From positions 108,838-172,837 of the IMG/VR virus record IMGVR_UViG_3300042013_000045: 64,000 nucleotides of DNA; one strand, 5' to 3'. A program made the translations under genes and the position numbers. Below the pieces are notes generated by a model. The model had not been told where the DNA came from. It saw only the letters and a program-made list of their open reading frames with translations, and did no database searches. Origin of the DNA: a virus. How positions within the stretch are numbered: position 1 is the first letter of the stretch; each line of letters starts with the position of its first letter. Shown here piece by piece: positions 53,796 to 63,111 of this stretch.

Positions 53796-55454
53796 TTAAA
53801 CCGATGGGAGCATCTTGTTTTCCAACGCAGGTTGGGACTCGTAATCGATGATCTCGATCTTGGTGCTGTCGAAGTCGTCGATGGATTTGACCAACTTGTT
53901 CAGCTTGATGCGTGGGATACAATGAATCGACTCGCGACCCAGTTGTTCCAGCAGACCTTCCACGTGGTCGTTGTAGACGTGAGCATCCACAGCAGCCCAG
54001 ACCAGTTCACCTGGCTCCATGCCGACCACTTGCGCGATCATGTGCGTCAGTGCAGCGTACTGGCTAACGTTGAACGGCATGCCCAGACCGAGGTCGTTGG
54101 ACCGCAGTAACAGGAAGCAGTTCACGTTCCGGCGCTTGATGTTACGGTTGTCGAGATCGACATGCAGTTGCTCGAGTTCCGACGGACTGGCTTCCGCAGC
54201 AGACTGAGCCCACGACTCTTCATTGAGGGTTTCCCAACTGACCAGCGACAGTTCATTGTTACGTTGATGGTCACGCTGAGCCAGCATGGTGCGGTCGTTG
54301 AAGATCTTGACACGCTGCATCAAGGTCATCTCATGGGAGATGAACTGGAAGTACAGGTGACACGGTGGCAACGCAGCCTTCCAGGTCAGTGCCGGGTTCC
54401 AAGCCGATACAATGATCCGACGGGAGTCAGGGGTGTCCTTGAGCAACTTGATCGCATTGGCCAGTTGGTCGATCTTGCGGTACATCACGAAACGAGGGAT
54501 GTCAGCGATGGTCACGTAAGCATCGATCAGTGCATCTTCGTTCAAGTACATCACATGGGCGCATTCGTTCTTGCCCGGTGTGCCCACCGCTTCCCAGCCG
54601 CACTCTGGCAACATGCACGGATCTGCAAGGCCGATGCTGGTTTTCTCGAAGCCCCGAGAAATGAGCAGGTCGTTAAACGCGGCTTTGATCTCTTCCTCGC
54701 CGAACGGTTCAATCGGCGGTCTAATCACACCCAGACGTTTGTAGCCTTCGTTCAGGTACGAGGGCAGGTCGGCCTTGCTGACGATCTGGGTATCTTCCCA
54801 GAAGCGCCACTGAGCACCGTATCCGCCTTTACCGATGTCACCGGCGGCTAGGTACAGCGGATCTTTGCCAGTGAACTCTTTGTAGTAGCTGTGCAGCGCA
54901 GCTAGGTCGGCGTAGTACAGCTCACGCTGATAGATCTTGCCTGCTTCGGCTTCCGAGGTGTACACACCGGTAGCGTATTCCGGTGAGAAGAAGAACTGGG
55001 TGGTGGCTTCAGCACCGTACTCTTTGCGGTGCTCGAAGATGATAGCCTTCTTGACCTGTGCTTCGGTCATTGGCTCGTATTTGGCAGTACCTGGGATCAA
55101 CCAGCTGTTCCAGATACCGATGCCTTTGTTACGCAACATGCGGATGTTGGTATCGCCGCTGATGAACCAGAACATCTCTTCTTCTGGATTCATGCCGATG
55201 ATGGGTTTGGTGGTCAGTCGCGGTTGACGACCGTTCATGAGACTGAAGTGAGCCATACGTCCCACGACAGCAACCGTGCCAGTACCAGTACGGTCACCCT
55301 TAGGGATACCGTCTTCCAGGACTTCAGCTACCAGCTCGTGGTAGATGCGGTCAGTGTTGTTCAGGTGGTCAAGGCGATAGATCGACCGATCTTTAGCATC
55401 TTCACGAACGCGACGGTAAATGGCCAGTGTGTCGGCTTGGTTAAACTGATTCAT
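53796..55454 (-). CDS. thyA: Thymidylate synthase with large insertions
   Basis: DRTGTGT, EMFWFISG.TN, YGAQWR, SRRIIVSAWNP, ALPPCH, RSNDLGLGMPFN, DAHVYNDH. Confidence 0.95.
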   Translation of the reverse strand: MNQFNQADTLAIYRRVREDAKDRSIYRLDHLNNTDRIYHELVAEVLEDGIPKGDRTGTGTVAVVGRMAHFSLMNGRQPRLTTKPIIGMNPEEEMFWFISGDTNIRMLRNKGIGIWNSWLIPGTAKYEPMTEAQVKKAIIFEHRKEYGAEATTQFFFSPEYATGVYTSEAEAGKIYQRELYYADLAALHSYYKEFTGKDPLYLAAGDIGKGGYGAQWRFWEDTQIVSKADLPSYLNEGYKRLGVIRPPIEPFGEEEIKAAFNDLLISRGFEKTSIGLADPCMLPECGWEAVGTPGKNECAHVMYLNEDALIDAYVTIADIPRFVMYRKIDQLANAIKLLKDTPDSRRIIVSAWNPALTWKAALPPCHLYFQFISHEMTLMQRVKIFNDRTMLAQRDHQRNNELSLVSWETLNEESWAQSAAEASPSELEQLHVDLDNRNIKRRNVNCFLLLRSNDLGLGMPFNVSQYAALTHMIAQVVGMEPGELVWAAVDAHVYNDHVEGLLEQLGRESIHCIPRIKLNKLVKSIDDFDSTKIEIIDYESQPALENKMLPSV

Positions 55455-55630
55455 GTGCTGCTCCGTGGTTGATGTAGACAGGGCACAAGTCCCTTACGAA
55501 CTATACTCTACGTCGAGTATTTATTTTTTCAATGGTGCTCTCGTGAATAATGTACGTTTCAAACCGATTTCAATCGACCAAAAGAAAGGGCATAAACAGC
55601 GGGGCCGAAGCCCCGCCATCTATGTTGTCG

Positions 55631-55807
55631 CTACAACCAACCTTGGGCACGCATGATCTTCTCGATCACCAAGTACCAGTCCCACGGGAAGAAGAACATC
55701 CCGATGAGGGTAGACCAGAAGCCTTTGGCGATAACCACGCCAGCGATCCAGACAACCCAGAACAATGTAGCGAACAGCAATACGCTGAAACTGTACGGAT
55801 ACTTCAT
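55631..55807 (-). CDS. Small membrane protein (below ORF-track cutoff)
   Basis: 58 aa MKYPYSFSVLLFATLFWVVWIAGVVIAKGFWSTLIGMFFFPW...; GGGAG RBS. Confidence 0.7.
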   Translation of the reverse strand: MKYPYSFSVLLFATLFWVVWIAGVVIAKGFWSTLIGMFFFPWDWYLVIEKIMRAQGWL

Positions 55808-55808
55808 G

Positions 55809-56060
55809 TCACTCCCTTACTTTCAATGTACACAAGGTTGCCAGCAATGCCGGGTTCCGTTCTAACAGAAGCATGAGCACGACATAGGCCTGATGGGGTT
55901 TGCTGATACCGGCCTCGTAACGAGAGACGGAATTGCGGTCGCCCCCAAACTGTTGTGCTACTTGGATCTGGGTGAGCTTAAGTTTCAGCCTGATCTTCTT
56001 GAGCCGGTTGCCCATGAAGCGCAGCTCTTCCTTCACTTCGTAACGTTTTGTTTGTGCCAT
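55809..56060 (-). CDS. MqsA-like XRE HTH protein (C-terminal domain only)
   Basis: IRLKLKLTQ..VAQQFGGDRNSVSRYEAG..KPH....L..LLERNPALL matches the MqsA DNA-binding domain pattern. Confidence 0.75.
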   Translation of the reverse strand: MAQTKRYEVKEELRFMGNRLKKIRLKLKLTQIQVAQQFGGDRNSVSRYEAGISKPHQAYVVLMLLLERNPALLATLCTLKVRE

Positions 56061-56566
56061 CAGTAATGCCCGTGCGTCTCGTAGCATGAATGTTCCACAC
56101 GCGTTAACATCAGCGGTGGCTTCTCGGTTTGTTCAGCATCCTTTAACGACCGGCCTTCGGTCATGATGGCGGACATCATCATGGGGAGGGCTTCGAGGAT
56201 CTCCGGTGGGATGTTCTCGTACTTCACCATGTGCAGGTGTTGCAACTGCTTGTAGAACTTGTAGGTGGTCTCTGTGAACTTCAGGTCAAACAGTTTCTCC
56301 ATGTCATTGAGGAAACAGATGTTGAACCTCCCACGCTTAAGCAATGACTCAGCAAGATCGACCAGCTCTTTCTCGTACTTCACCTTCTGGAACATGTCCA
56401 GTTTCGATGGATCGGGAAATACCAACCGCTTGAAGTAGTCCAAGTGCGAGGGGTTACAGGTCGATAACAACGGTCGATACTGTAACCCCAGGTCTTGGTG
56501 AGCTGCTTGTTTCGGCATGGCCTCAGGCTGTTCAGCCCGTTCAAACTTCCAACCGAATAACTGCAT
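56060..56566 (-). CDS. Hypothetical protein
   Basis: 168 aa, AAGGAGG RBS. Confidence 0.75.
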   Translation of the reverse strand: MQLFGWKFERAEQPEAMPKQAAHQDLGLQYRPLLSTCNPSHLDYFKRLVFPDPSKLDMFQKVKYEKELVDLAESLLKRGRFNICFLNDMEKLFDLKFTETTYKFYKQLQHLHMVKYENIPPEILEALPMMMSAIMTEGRSLKDAEQTEKPPLMLTRVEHSCYETHGHY

Positions 56567-56575
56567 GGCACCTCC

Positions 56576-59050
56576 TTAAAAGTGAGTCCTCAGAACGTAA
56601 CCGCTGAGGTCTTTGATCATGTTATCGAAAACCTCCTCGTCGTCAGTAGCCCACTTAAAGGAGTAGTCGTCAGCGAGAGTGTCGTAATCTTCAGGGATGA
56701 AGTACGCACCGTTCTTCAAGCAGATGATGCACAGGTCACGCCACGCATTACCCAAGACGACACCAGGATGATCCATGGTAAAGCGATCACGGATGAACTG
56801 GGTATCACGAAGCAGCACTTCGCAGATATACGCCCACCGCTGTGTAGCCAACCCATCCTTCCATTGTTTCTTGGTGATGTGGTTCTTGCAGTGGATGACG
56901 TCGTCCTGCTCTTGGTAGAACAGATCGTGCAAACTGCCCGCAATGTCAACAGCTTCATTAACCAACTCAGCCGGCGCGACTGGGTATGGGCGTTTGCCGT
57001 AATCCGCGTTGAACTCGTTGTCTTCCTCCTGTACATGCGGGATGACCAAGAAGCCTGGGAGATCCATCGAACTGCCGTCCAATGCGACGAGCGTACTGAA
57101 CACCGCACCTTCGGCAGCCTGTTTGCCATCGTTAGGGTGAAGATTAACCCAGTACTTCACGATGTCCTTCACGTACGACAGGAACATACTGCGGATTTCA
57201 TCAGCGGTATACGGCGTAGCGTTGAACTCATCCCACGAGACTTCACGAGTAGAGATGTCGGTGATCTTACCGCAGTACTTGTTGATGCAGTCCATGTCAC
57301 CACGAGGCACTACGATACCGTTGAGGTTACGGTTAACAGCCCATGGCTTCGTGTACTCTTCCAAGCACTCCATGTCCAGATCGACGCAGTCGGGGACAAT
57401 GATCCCAGGGTACTTTGTGTCCTTGGTGTGCTGCTTCATGACCTCGTTCAGATAGCCCGGTAGCTTCACCGAACCGTCCATGATGCCTTGGTTGAGGATG
57501 CGCATCTCAACGTCTGACAACCACCAGATGACATACCGCTTGACATTACGCCCCACTGGGACAGGTCGATGAGGTTTCTCCACTTCAGCCCCTTTGACAT
57601 CCGTGAAGATACCGGTAACGATGTGGATCATCTCCAGATCGGTCTTGGGGAACAAGATCCCGTCACGCATGTTCTCCTGATCAGGAGATTCCACCTCCAA
57701 CGAGTCCAGGTCGTCGCAGTTGATGTTGTGCGGTTGATCCAGTAGATACCGCGGCACATGGATGAACCCGCCACAGAAGTCATGCGCGATGCCACTGAGT
57801 TCGGTCAGCATGTACAACGGCACAGTGGTGTGCTTATTGACAGCTGCTTTCAGGACAGCACTGGCTTCCAGATCGGTGAGCCACCAGATGAGGTAATCAT
57901 CGTAGTCACGCAGACCGTCATGGGTTTCCATGCGCATCATCTCGAGCTCATCAGCCCGGTCTTCCGCATCGTAGATCGCTTGCAGACGACGACGTTCAGC
58001 AACCAGGTCTTTAAGCGTGACGTACGAGCCGTCAGTCTTTTGATCAGCCAGCCGCTTCATGATCTCGTCAGTGGTCTCAAAGCGTGAGTGACGCTCTTTG
58101 ACCTTATCCACCACCTTCACGAGATCTTCCTCGTTAAGATCGATGGCCTTCACATCCGCCAAGTTGCGCTTCATCCGATGAGCGCGGTCGATCGTAGACA
58201 GATCGGTGCTACCTGTCAGGTCTGTAACCCACCCCTGAAGACCTTGTACGAGTGCACGGTCTTCATACGGGATTATGATCCCGTCTGGGGCCATGTCATC
58301 CTCGTTGTAGTCGCTCGGCATGATGTCAAGTTGGTTGACATCATGCTCATCCATGCCAAACTCAGGCGGCACCGTGATGTACAGGGAGAAGAATCGGTTC
58401 TCGGTAGACAGCCACTCTTCCAGATAGTCCGGCAGGGTTACCAAGTTCGCATCGAACGCTTCAAGAATCCTGTTCGCTTGTTCGGGGGTTACCCACCAGA
58501 TCAAGTAGTTCGAGTTCTTGTACGGGTGCATCGGATGACCTTCGATTGCGGATCGGTACCGTTGCCCGTCAAGGTCAGTAAAGCGCCCAAGAGAGAAATG
58601 GCACTGGTCAATGGCAGGCACGTCCGAGCGCCGTATCAACACACCGACGTTATCGTCGTGGTCGATCTTGTTCTCATCAAAGATAGTCCGCAGCACCGGG
58701 TCGTTGTCAGACACCCCTAATGACGGATGAACTAGGATGACGTTGATCAGCTCGTCATTGGCGATCTCTTCCAGTTCAGCCTTTATATACGACGGAAGTT
58801 TGAGAGTGCCTCGTTCGTGCTGACCCAGTTGATGTTCCGCTTGGTGACCCGTCAGCCACCAGATGGCCCACTTGCTCTTATCGAGCTGTGGCTGTGGTGT
58901 TCTAGCCGCCTCAAGGTTCTTGTCGAAGATGTCGCTCACTACATCTCGCAGTTCGTTGAGTTTGGCTTGGAAGGTAGGGGAGGGGGCTTTCTTACTTGCT
59001 TGCTTCTCCTTCTTCTTGCCAGCTGGCTTTTTGGCTTCGGTTGTTTTCAT
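56576..59050 (-). CDS. Large protein with four internal IWW repeats
   Basis: 824 aa; four (Y/W)xIWW(L/V)(T/S)...(L/V)PxY repeats plus FSTLVALDGSSMDLPGF domain. Confidence 0.85.
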   Translation of the reverse strand: MKTTEAKKPAGKKKEKQASKKAPSPTFQAKLNELRDVVSDIFDKNLEAARTPQPQLDKSKWAIWWLTGHQAEHQLGQHERGTLKLPSYIKAELEEIANDELINVILVHPSLGVSDNDPVLRTIFDENKIDHDDNVGVLIRRSDVPAIDQCHFSLGRFTDLDGQRYRSAIEGHPMHPYKNSNYLIWWVTPEQANRILEAFDANLVTLPDYLEEWLSTENRFFSLYITVPPEFGMDEHDVNQLDIMPSDYNEDDMAPDGIIIPYEDRALVQGLQGWVTDLTGSTDLSTIDRAHRMKRNLADVKAIDLNEEDLVKVVDKVKERHSRFETTDEIMKRLADQKTDGSYVTLKDLVAERRRLQAIYDAEDRADELEMMRMETHDGLRDYDDYLIWWLTDLEASAVLKAAVNKHTTVPLYMLTELSGIAHDFCGGFIHVPRYLLDQPHNINCDDLDSLEVESPDQENMRDGILFPKTDLEMIHIVTGIFTDVKGAEVEKPHRPVPVGRNVKRYVIWWLSDVEMRILNQGIMDGSVKLPGYLNEVMKQHTKDTKYPGIIVPDCVDLDMECLEEYTKPWAVNRNLNGIVVPRGDMDCINKYCGKITDISTREVSWDEFNATPYTADEIRSMFLSYVKDIVKYWVNLHPNDGKQAAEGAVFSTLVALDGSSMDLPGFLVIPHVQEEDNEFNADYGKRPYPVAPAELVNEAVDIAGSLHDLFYQEQDDVIHCKNHITKKQWKDGLATQRWAYICEVLLRDTQFIRDRFTMDHPGVVLGNAWRDLCIICLKNGAYFIPEDYDTLADDYSFKWATDDEEVFDNMIKDLSGYVLRTHF

Positions 59051-59255
59051 TGCATGTACCCTCAGTTAAGCGGGGTTGCTATCCATTGGTTTGATAGTGG
59101 TGCAATTGCGCCATCCCGGTATCTCTTTACTGTGGTCGACTGGCTGGAGCCCCATGAACCGACCAGACCGCTTCCGGCCGGTTTTGTGGAGACCTGCATA
59201 CATTCGACGTAACCCTGTTTTCATTTCTAACTTCCATGGGGAGGCGCTAACTAAG

Positions 59256-59984
59256 TTATGCTTGGGATGGGAATCGTTCGACCCAGTTGTACTGCTCTTG
59301 GATCACCGCAAGTTTCATTTGGGCGTGCAGTTCTTTGGCCGGTTCGGTGAACAGAACCACTTCGTTGTGGAACTTGACCTGCCCGTCGAGGAAGCCCACA
59401 AAGGTCATGTTCTTTGGCAGCTTGGGAACCAGCTCCTTGTACAGCCCATAGACGACGTCACCCGTCTCGTCGCAGAAGGTGTACAACAGGTCAGCATCAC
59501 GCACCACCTTCTGGGCCAGTGTGATCGGTTCACGAATGAACGGAAACTCTGTGATTTCGATTGTCTGACTGACCGACTGGATCATGAAGTGTTCTTGCTC
59601 GTGCTCCATGACCGGATTGAAGTTGGCCGGTATTGGTCGTACATGTTTACGCCAATGTGTATACCCGGCGATAGCGAACTGGATGTTCTCAGCATCACTT
59701 GAAGAACCGCCGCTGTGGTTGTAGTCGTGCCACAGGAGGGAGACTACCACGATCAGCTCTTCGTTATGCTTATCCGACGAATCCAACTTCTGGTATTCAG
59801 GAGTAGCCCGCAGGATCTGCAAACCCAGTTGAGCTGCGTAGTACATGTGCAGTGTGTTGTGGTAGGTGTTCTTCACGCCCTTGTTGGTCGTTACGATGTG
59901 TTGCCACATCTCCCAGAGCCCCTTCGACTTCAAGAACTGATCGAAGAAGAAGTCATTCATTTGGCGATTGATTGTGCGTTTCAT
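59256..59984 (-). CDS. HD-domain phosphohydrolase (PDEase-like)
   Basis: YHNTLH, HDYNHSG, RDADL. Confidence 0.8.
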   Translation of the reverse strand: MKRTINRQMNDFFFDQFLKSKGLWEMWQHIVTTNKGVKNTYHNTLHMYYAAQLGLQILRATPEYQKLDSSDKHNEELIVVVSLLWHDYNHSGGSSSDAENIQFAIAGYTHWRKHVRPIPANFNPVMEHEQEHFMIQSVSQTIEITEFPFIREPITLAQKVVRDADLLYTFCDETGDVVYGLYKELVPKLPKNMTFVGFLDGQVKFHNEVVLFTEPAKELHAQMKLAVIQEQYNWVERFPSQA

Positions 59985-60268
59985 ACGTCAGTCCTCGGGA
60001 AGACAAAAAGGATGGTGAGGCTGTTCGGGAATTCAATGGACTCCCAACCTTTGTCCTCGTACAGTTCCTTGATCACGTTCTGGATGTGAGGCTCCAGCCA
60101 TTGTTGTTCCTCACGCTCGAACTTGATGAAGCGACGGCCGTCGTAGTGCTCGACGTGGACATTCTTGTTTCGAATGTACTTCTCGATCTCAGCAACGAGC
60201 TTTTCAATCTCCTCACTGTTCATGATGTTGATAACGTCACTCGGGCTTGATACTTGCATAATGGTCAT
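59981..60268 (-). CDS. Hypothetical protein
   Basis: 95 aa. Confidence 0.7.
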   Translation of the reverse strand: MTIMQVSSPSDVINIMNSEEIEKLVAEIEKYIRNKNVHVEHYDGRRFIKFEREEQQWLEPHIQNVIKELYEDKGWESIEFPNSLTILFVFPRTDV

Positions 60269-60506
60269 CCAGTGAATTGGCCACCGCTTGGCCTAACTTG
60301 TTTCGGAAGTGAGCCTTCCAGTCGTTAATGGTTTGTTCGTCCAGGTATTGCTCCCCTTGAATGAACTTGTCCGTGACGAAGATGGCAGGGATACGCGCTT
60401 GAGGCAGCCGCATCAATCTAACAGCTTCCTCTACTTCGTCCTCTTCCACGACCCTGATGGTACAATGACAGAGACAGTGCAATAGTCCGGCAACTATCGT
60501 CTTCAA
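60237..60506 (-). CDS. Hypothetical early protein
   Basis: TTG start, AAGGAG RBS, TACATTAC at 60520-60527. Confidence 0.65.
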   Translation of the reverse strand: MKTIVAGLLHCLCHCTIRVVEEDEVEEAVRLMRLPQARIPAIFVTDKFIQGEQYLDEQTINDWKAHFRNKLGQAVANSLDDHYASIKPE

Positions 60507-60583
60507 TGTATACTCCTTTGTAATGTATGGCTGTGAATTACTCAGATGGCATAAGCCGGGGACCGAAGCCCCCAGTTATGTTG

Positions 60584-61198
60584 TCACGCTATTGCTGACA
60601 GCTCACGCGGCAATGGAGGTGTATACCCCAACATTACTTGGGCACAGGTCTCCACGTCGTGTACAGGCCGCAGGAAGCGGCAACCTTCAAAGGCTGTCAG
60701 GTCGAATGCCTGTTTCGCCGTGAGGTCTTTGTAGTGCGTGTTCGTCACGTACCCCATCTGTTGATTGAGGGTCATGGCGATCACCTCATCCTGATCTTCA
60801 CCGAAGTGCAGAGTCTTCAAGAAGAACTCCTCACGGTTGGTCAGACAGGACACGGCACGGTGTCGCTTGAGCGCAGAATGAACTTCCGCCTCGGAAATCA
60901 GCGAGATGAACCACAACGATCCCGGCGTACGGTATTCGCCCAACCGGTCGCGTGCAATCTCGATTGCCTGGACAGCTTTCCAGACATTGTTCCACGGTCC
61001 ACTGATACGGACCTTCAGGTGCTTGCCCTTGCTCTTCTCCACAGCAGCCTTAAGCGCTGGGTTGGTAGGCTTGCCCGAATCTTGCAGCAGAATGATCTCT
61101 GCATGCGCAGGGATATGTTTGATGAGCTCCAATGCTTTCTCAGCGGTGGCGCAAGTGCTGTATGCATAGCTGAAAAAGGTGCGTACTGTATTGTCCAT
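60584..61198 (-). CDS. Hypothetical protein
   Basis: 204 aa. Confidence 0.75.
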   Translation of the reverse strand: MDNTVRTFFSYAYSTCATAEKALELIKHIPAHAEIILLQDSGKPTNPALKAAVEKSKGKHLKVRISGPWNNVWKAVQAIEIARDRLGEYRTPGSLWFISLISEAEVHSALKRHRAVSCLTNREEFFLKTLHFGEDQDEVIAMTLNQQMGYVTNTHYKDLTAKQAFDLTAFEGCRFLRPVHDVETCAQVMLGYTPPLPRELSAIA

Positions 61199-61284
61199 GT
61201 GTTTCCCCTAACACGTTTGTCTAAATAATAGACAGAGCAAATAAAAAAGTACACGCCAGAGGCGTAAGCCTCCGGCATGCACGA

Positions 61285-61626
61285 TCATTTAACGGTTGCT
61301 GCGACTTCACTGGTTTCGATGATCTCTTTCAGAAAGCGGGTAGCTTCTTCTTCGGTTAGCCTGAACCCCACCTTCCAGCCCAGACGGTGGAAACGAACCC
61401 ACTTTCTGAACACGACCTGTACTTCCGGTTTAGTCTTGGCACCTGTGAGATAGAGCACGTGGATATCCTTCAGGCTCTTCCACAGCTGAGTCGCTGGCTG
61501 TGGTCGTACCCGTCGTTTACCGAGCTCAAACGAGACCTCAGGTACCTCTTGGTTTGCTTCCAGTAGTGCACAGTCAACTTGGTCGACATACACCACTGCT
61601 TTTTCCCACAAGTCTAATAACGACAT
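61285..61626 (-). CDS. Hypothetical protein
   Basis: 113 aa, GAGG RBS. Confidence 0.7.
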   Translation of the reverse strand: MSLLDLWEKAVVYVDQVDCALLEANQEVPEVSFELGKRRVRPQPATQLWKSLKDIHVLYLTGAKTKPEVQVVFRKWVRFHRLGWKVGFRLTEEEATRFLKEIIETSEVAATVK

Positions 61627-61628
61627 GC

Positions 61629-62123
61629 CTACCTCTTAAATGACGCAACAATCGGTGCGTGGCTGGTCTCCAAGTCACCGGCTGGCTGATCTTCGAGGTT
61701 GATGAGGACAGTCTCGTTAAGCAGCTCTTTCTGAGCAGCGGCTTCATTCCGACGTACAGCACCCGGCGGAAGGATGACTTTAGGTAAGACGAACATGTTC
61801 ATCTCTCCCGTGTCCTCAATCATGTTCTTCACCTGATAAGCAAACACCGCACTGATACATTCGTACGGAATCTTCAAGTGATGGTAAAAGCCGTTGAACC
61901 TTGCCGAGAAGTGAATACCATATTCACCCAGCTCGAGGTTCGCAATGAACTGAGGCGCCAGGCAGATGACACAATCATCCCCCGACACCTTCTCGCGGGT
62001 GGCTAACACTCCATCCTTGAGTTGTGCATTGTCGACGACTATGGCTGGTTTATGATTGCGCGCCGCCAGATATTCCAGGGCCGCTCTCAGGTAGAATTTC
62101 GGCCAGAGTATCGGTTCCGACAT
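61629..62123 (-). CDS. Second SspB-like protein lacking the LRVVK tail
   Basis: FYLRAALEYL....KPAIVVD, ICLAP..IANLELG...IHFSARFNG...IPY..I.AVFA. Confidence 0.75.
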   Translation of the reverse strand: MSEPILWPKFYLRAALEYLAARNHKPAIVVDNAQLKDGVLATREKVSGDDCVICLAPQFIANLELGEYGIHFSARFNGFYHHLKIPYECISAVFAYQVKNMIEDTGEMNMFVLPKVILPPGAVRRNEAAAQKELLNETVLINLEDQPAGDLETSHAPIVASFKR

Positions 62124-63111
62124 ACGGATCTCCAGGTATAATCGCTATGCTTTTCTCTTCAGGGTCATACTGTACGAGGAACTTACGTTCATCCGGGATA
62201 CGCAGCGCCAGACAGGCCACCATGTACGGAATCACTTCATGCGGTTGGACGGAACGACGCAGAGGGTACTCTTGGTCGGGACCTTCCACCTGCATGATCG
62301 AGTTGGTACCTTCTTCCGATTGGTTGAACTGGTACCACTCTTCGGCGTACACACCATGTTCATCAGGTGTGCCGGTGTAGATGACAAACTGCCGACCAGA
62401 TTGGACGAAAGGGTCTGCCAAGAGTTCCGCGTGGTACGACCCCAGATCAAGGTCGTAGTTGTTAAACCAGGCTGTGAACGTATCTTCGAAGACTTCATCG
62501 AAGATTTTGTCCGTGTCGTACCACACCCCTACACTACGGTCACGTACTTCGGTAGGTTCGTCAATTTCTTCAGAAGGACACACGAACCGGTTGACTGCGA
62601 TAGTCCCAGTACGGATGTTTGCTTCGCACTGTAAGGCGATGTACTTGCGTTCATCGAGTGCCAGCATCAGTGGCGAGAAGTCAAAGAGGTCGAATTTCAG
62701 ACCGTGGTATCTCGCCAACAGATCGAAGTCCGTACAGAAACTGCGCGGAGACCGGACTGTTAGCAACCAGACCCGGATGAACTCCATCTTCCAGACGCGG
62801 GTGAAACGATCACCCGCGTCTGGATACGAAGTATCGGTCAGTACCTTGCAGAAGTTCAACTTGGTGTTCATGTCACGCTGAATCTTAGGAATCAGCTGTG
62901 CCACGTCACGCAGCGTACGGATGCGGTCAGTGTCACCTTTGACCACACGCAGTACATCGCCCTTCATTGAGTCGTGAATTGTCTTGCTGAGGTCTTGGAG
63001 GACCTTCTCGTCAAGCTTATGGTTCAACACCCCGTTAAGGATGCCGATGTTCTGCAACTGCGACCGAGCGAATTCACCCAGACGCTCTACCAGTGATCTT
63101 TTCATTCTCAC
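62050..63111 (-). CDS. Hypothetical protein
   Basis: 353 aa. Confidence 0.75.
   Translation of the reverse strand: MRMKRSLVERLGEFARSQLQNIGILNGVLNHKLDEKVLQDLSKTIHDSMKGDVLRVVKGDTDRIRTLRDVAQLIPKIQRDMNTKLNFCKVLTDTSYPDAGDRFTRVWKMEFIRVWLLTVRSPRSFCTDFDLLARYHGLKFDLFDFSPLMLALDERKYIALQCEANIRTGTIAVNRFVCPSEEIDEPTEVRDRSVGVWYDTDKIFDEVFEDTFTAWFNNYDLDLGSYHAELLADPFVQSGRQFVIYTGTPDEHGVYAEEWYQFNQSEEGTNSIMQVEGPDQEYPLRRSVQPHEVIPYMVACLALRIPDERKFLVQYDPEEKSIAIIPGDPYVGTDTLAEILPESGPGISGGAQS

Noticed and set aside
53796-55454. dCMP/dUMP hydroxymethylase or intein-containing ThyA
   Set aside because: Asn specificity residue and canonical ThyA motifs are intact; no intein C...HN boundaries
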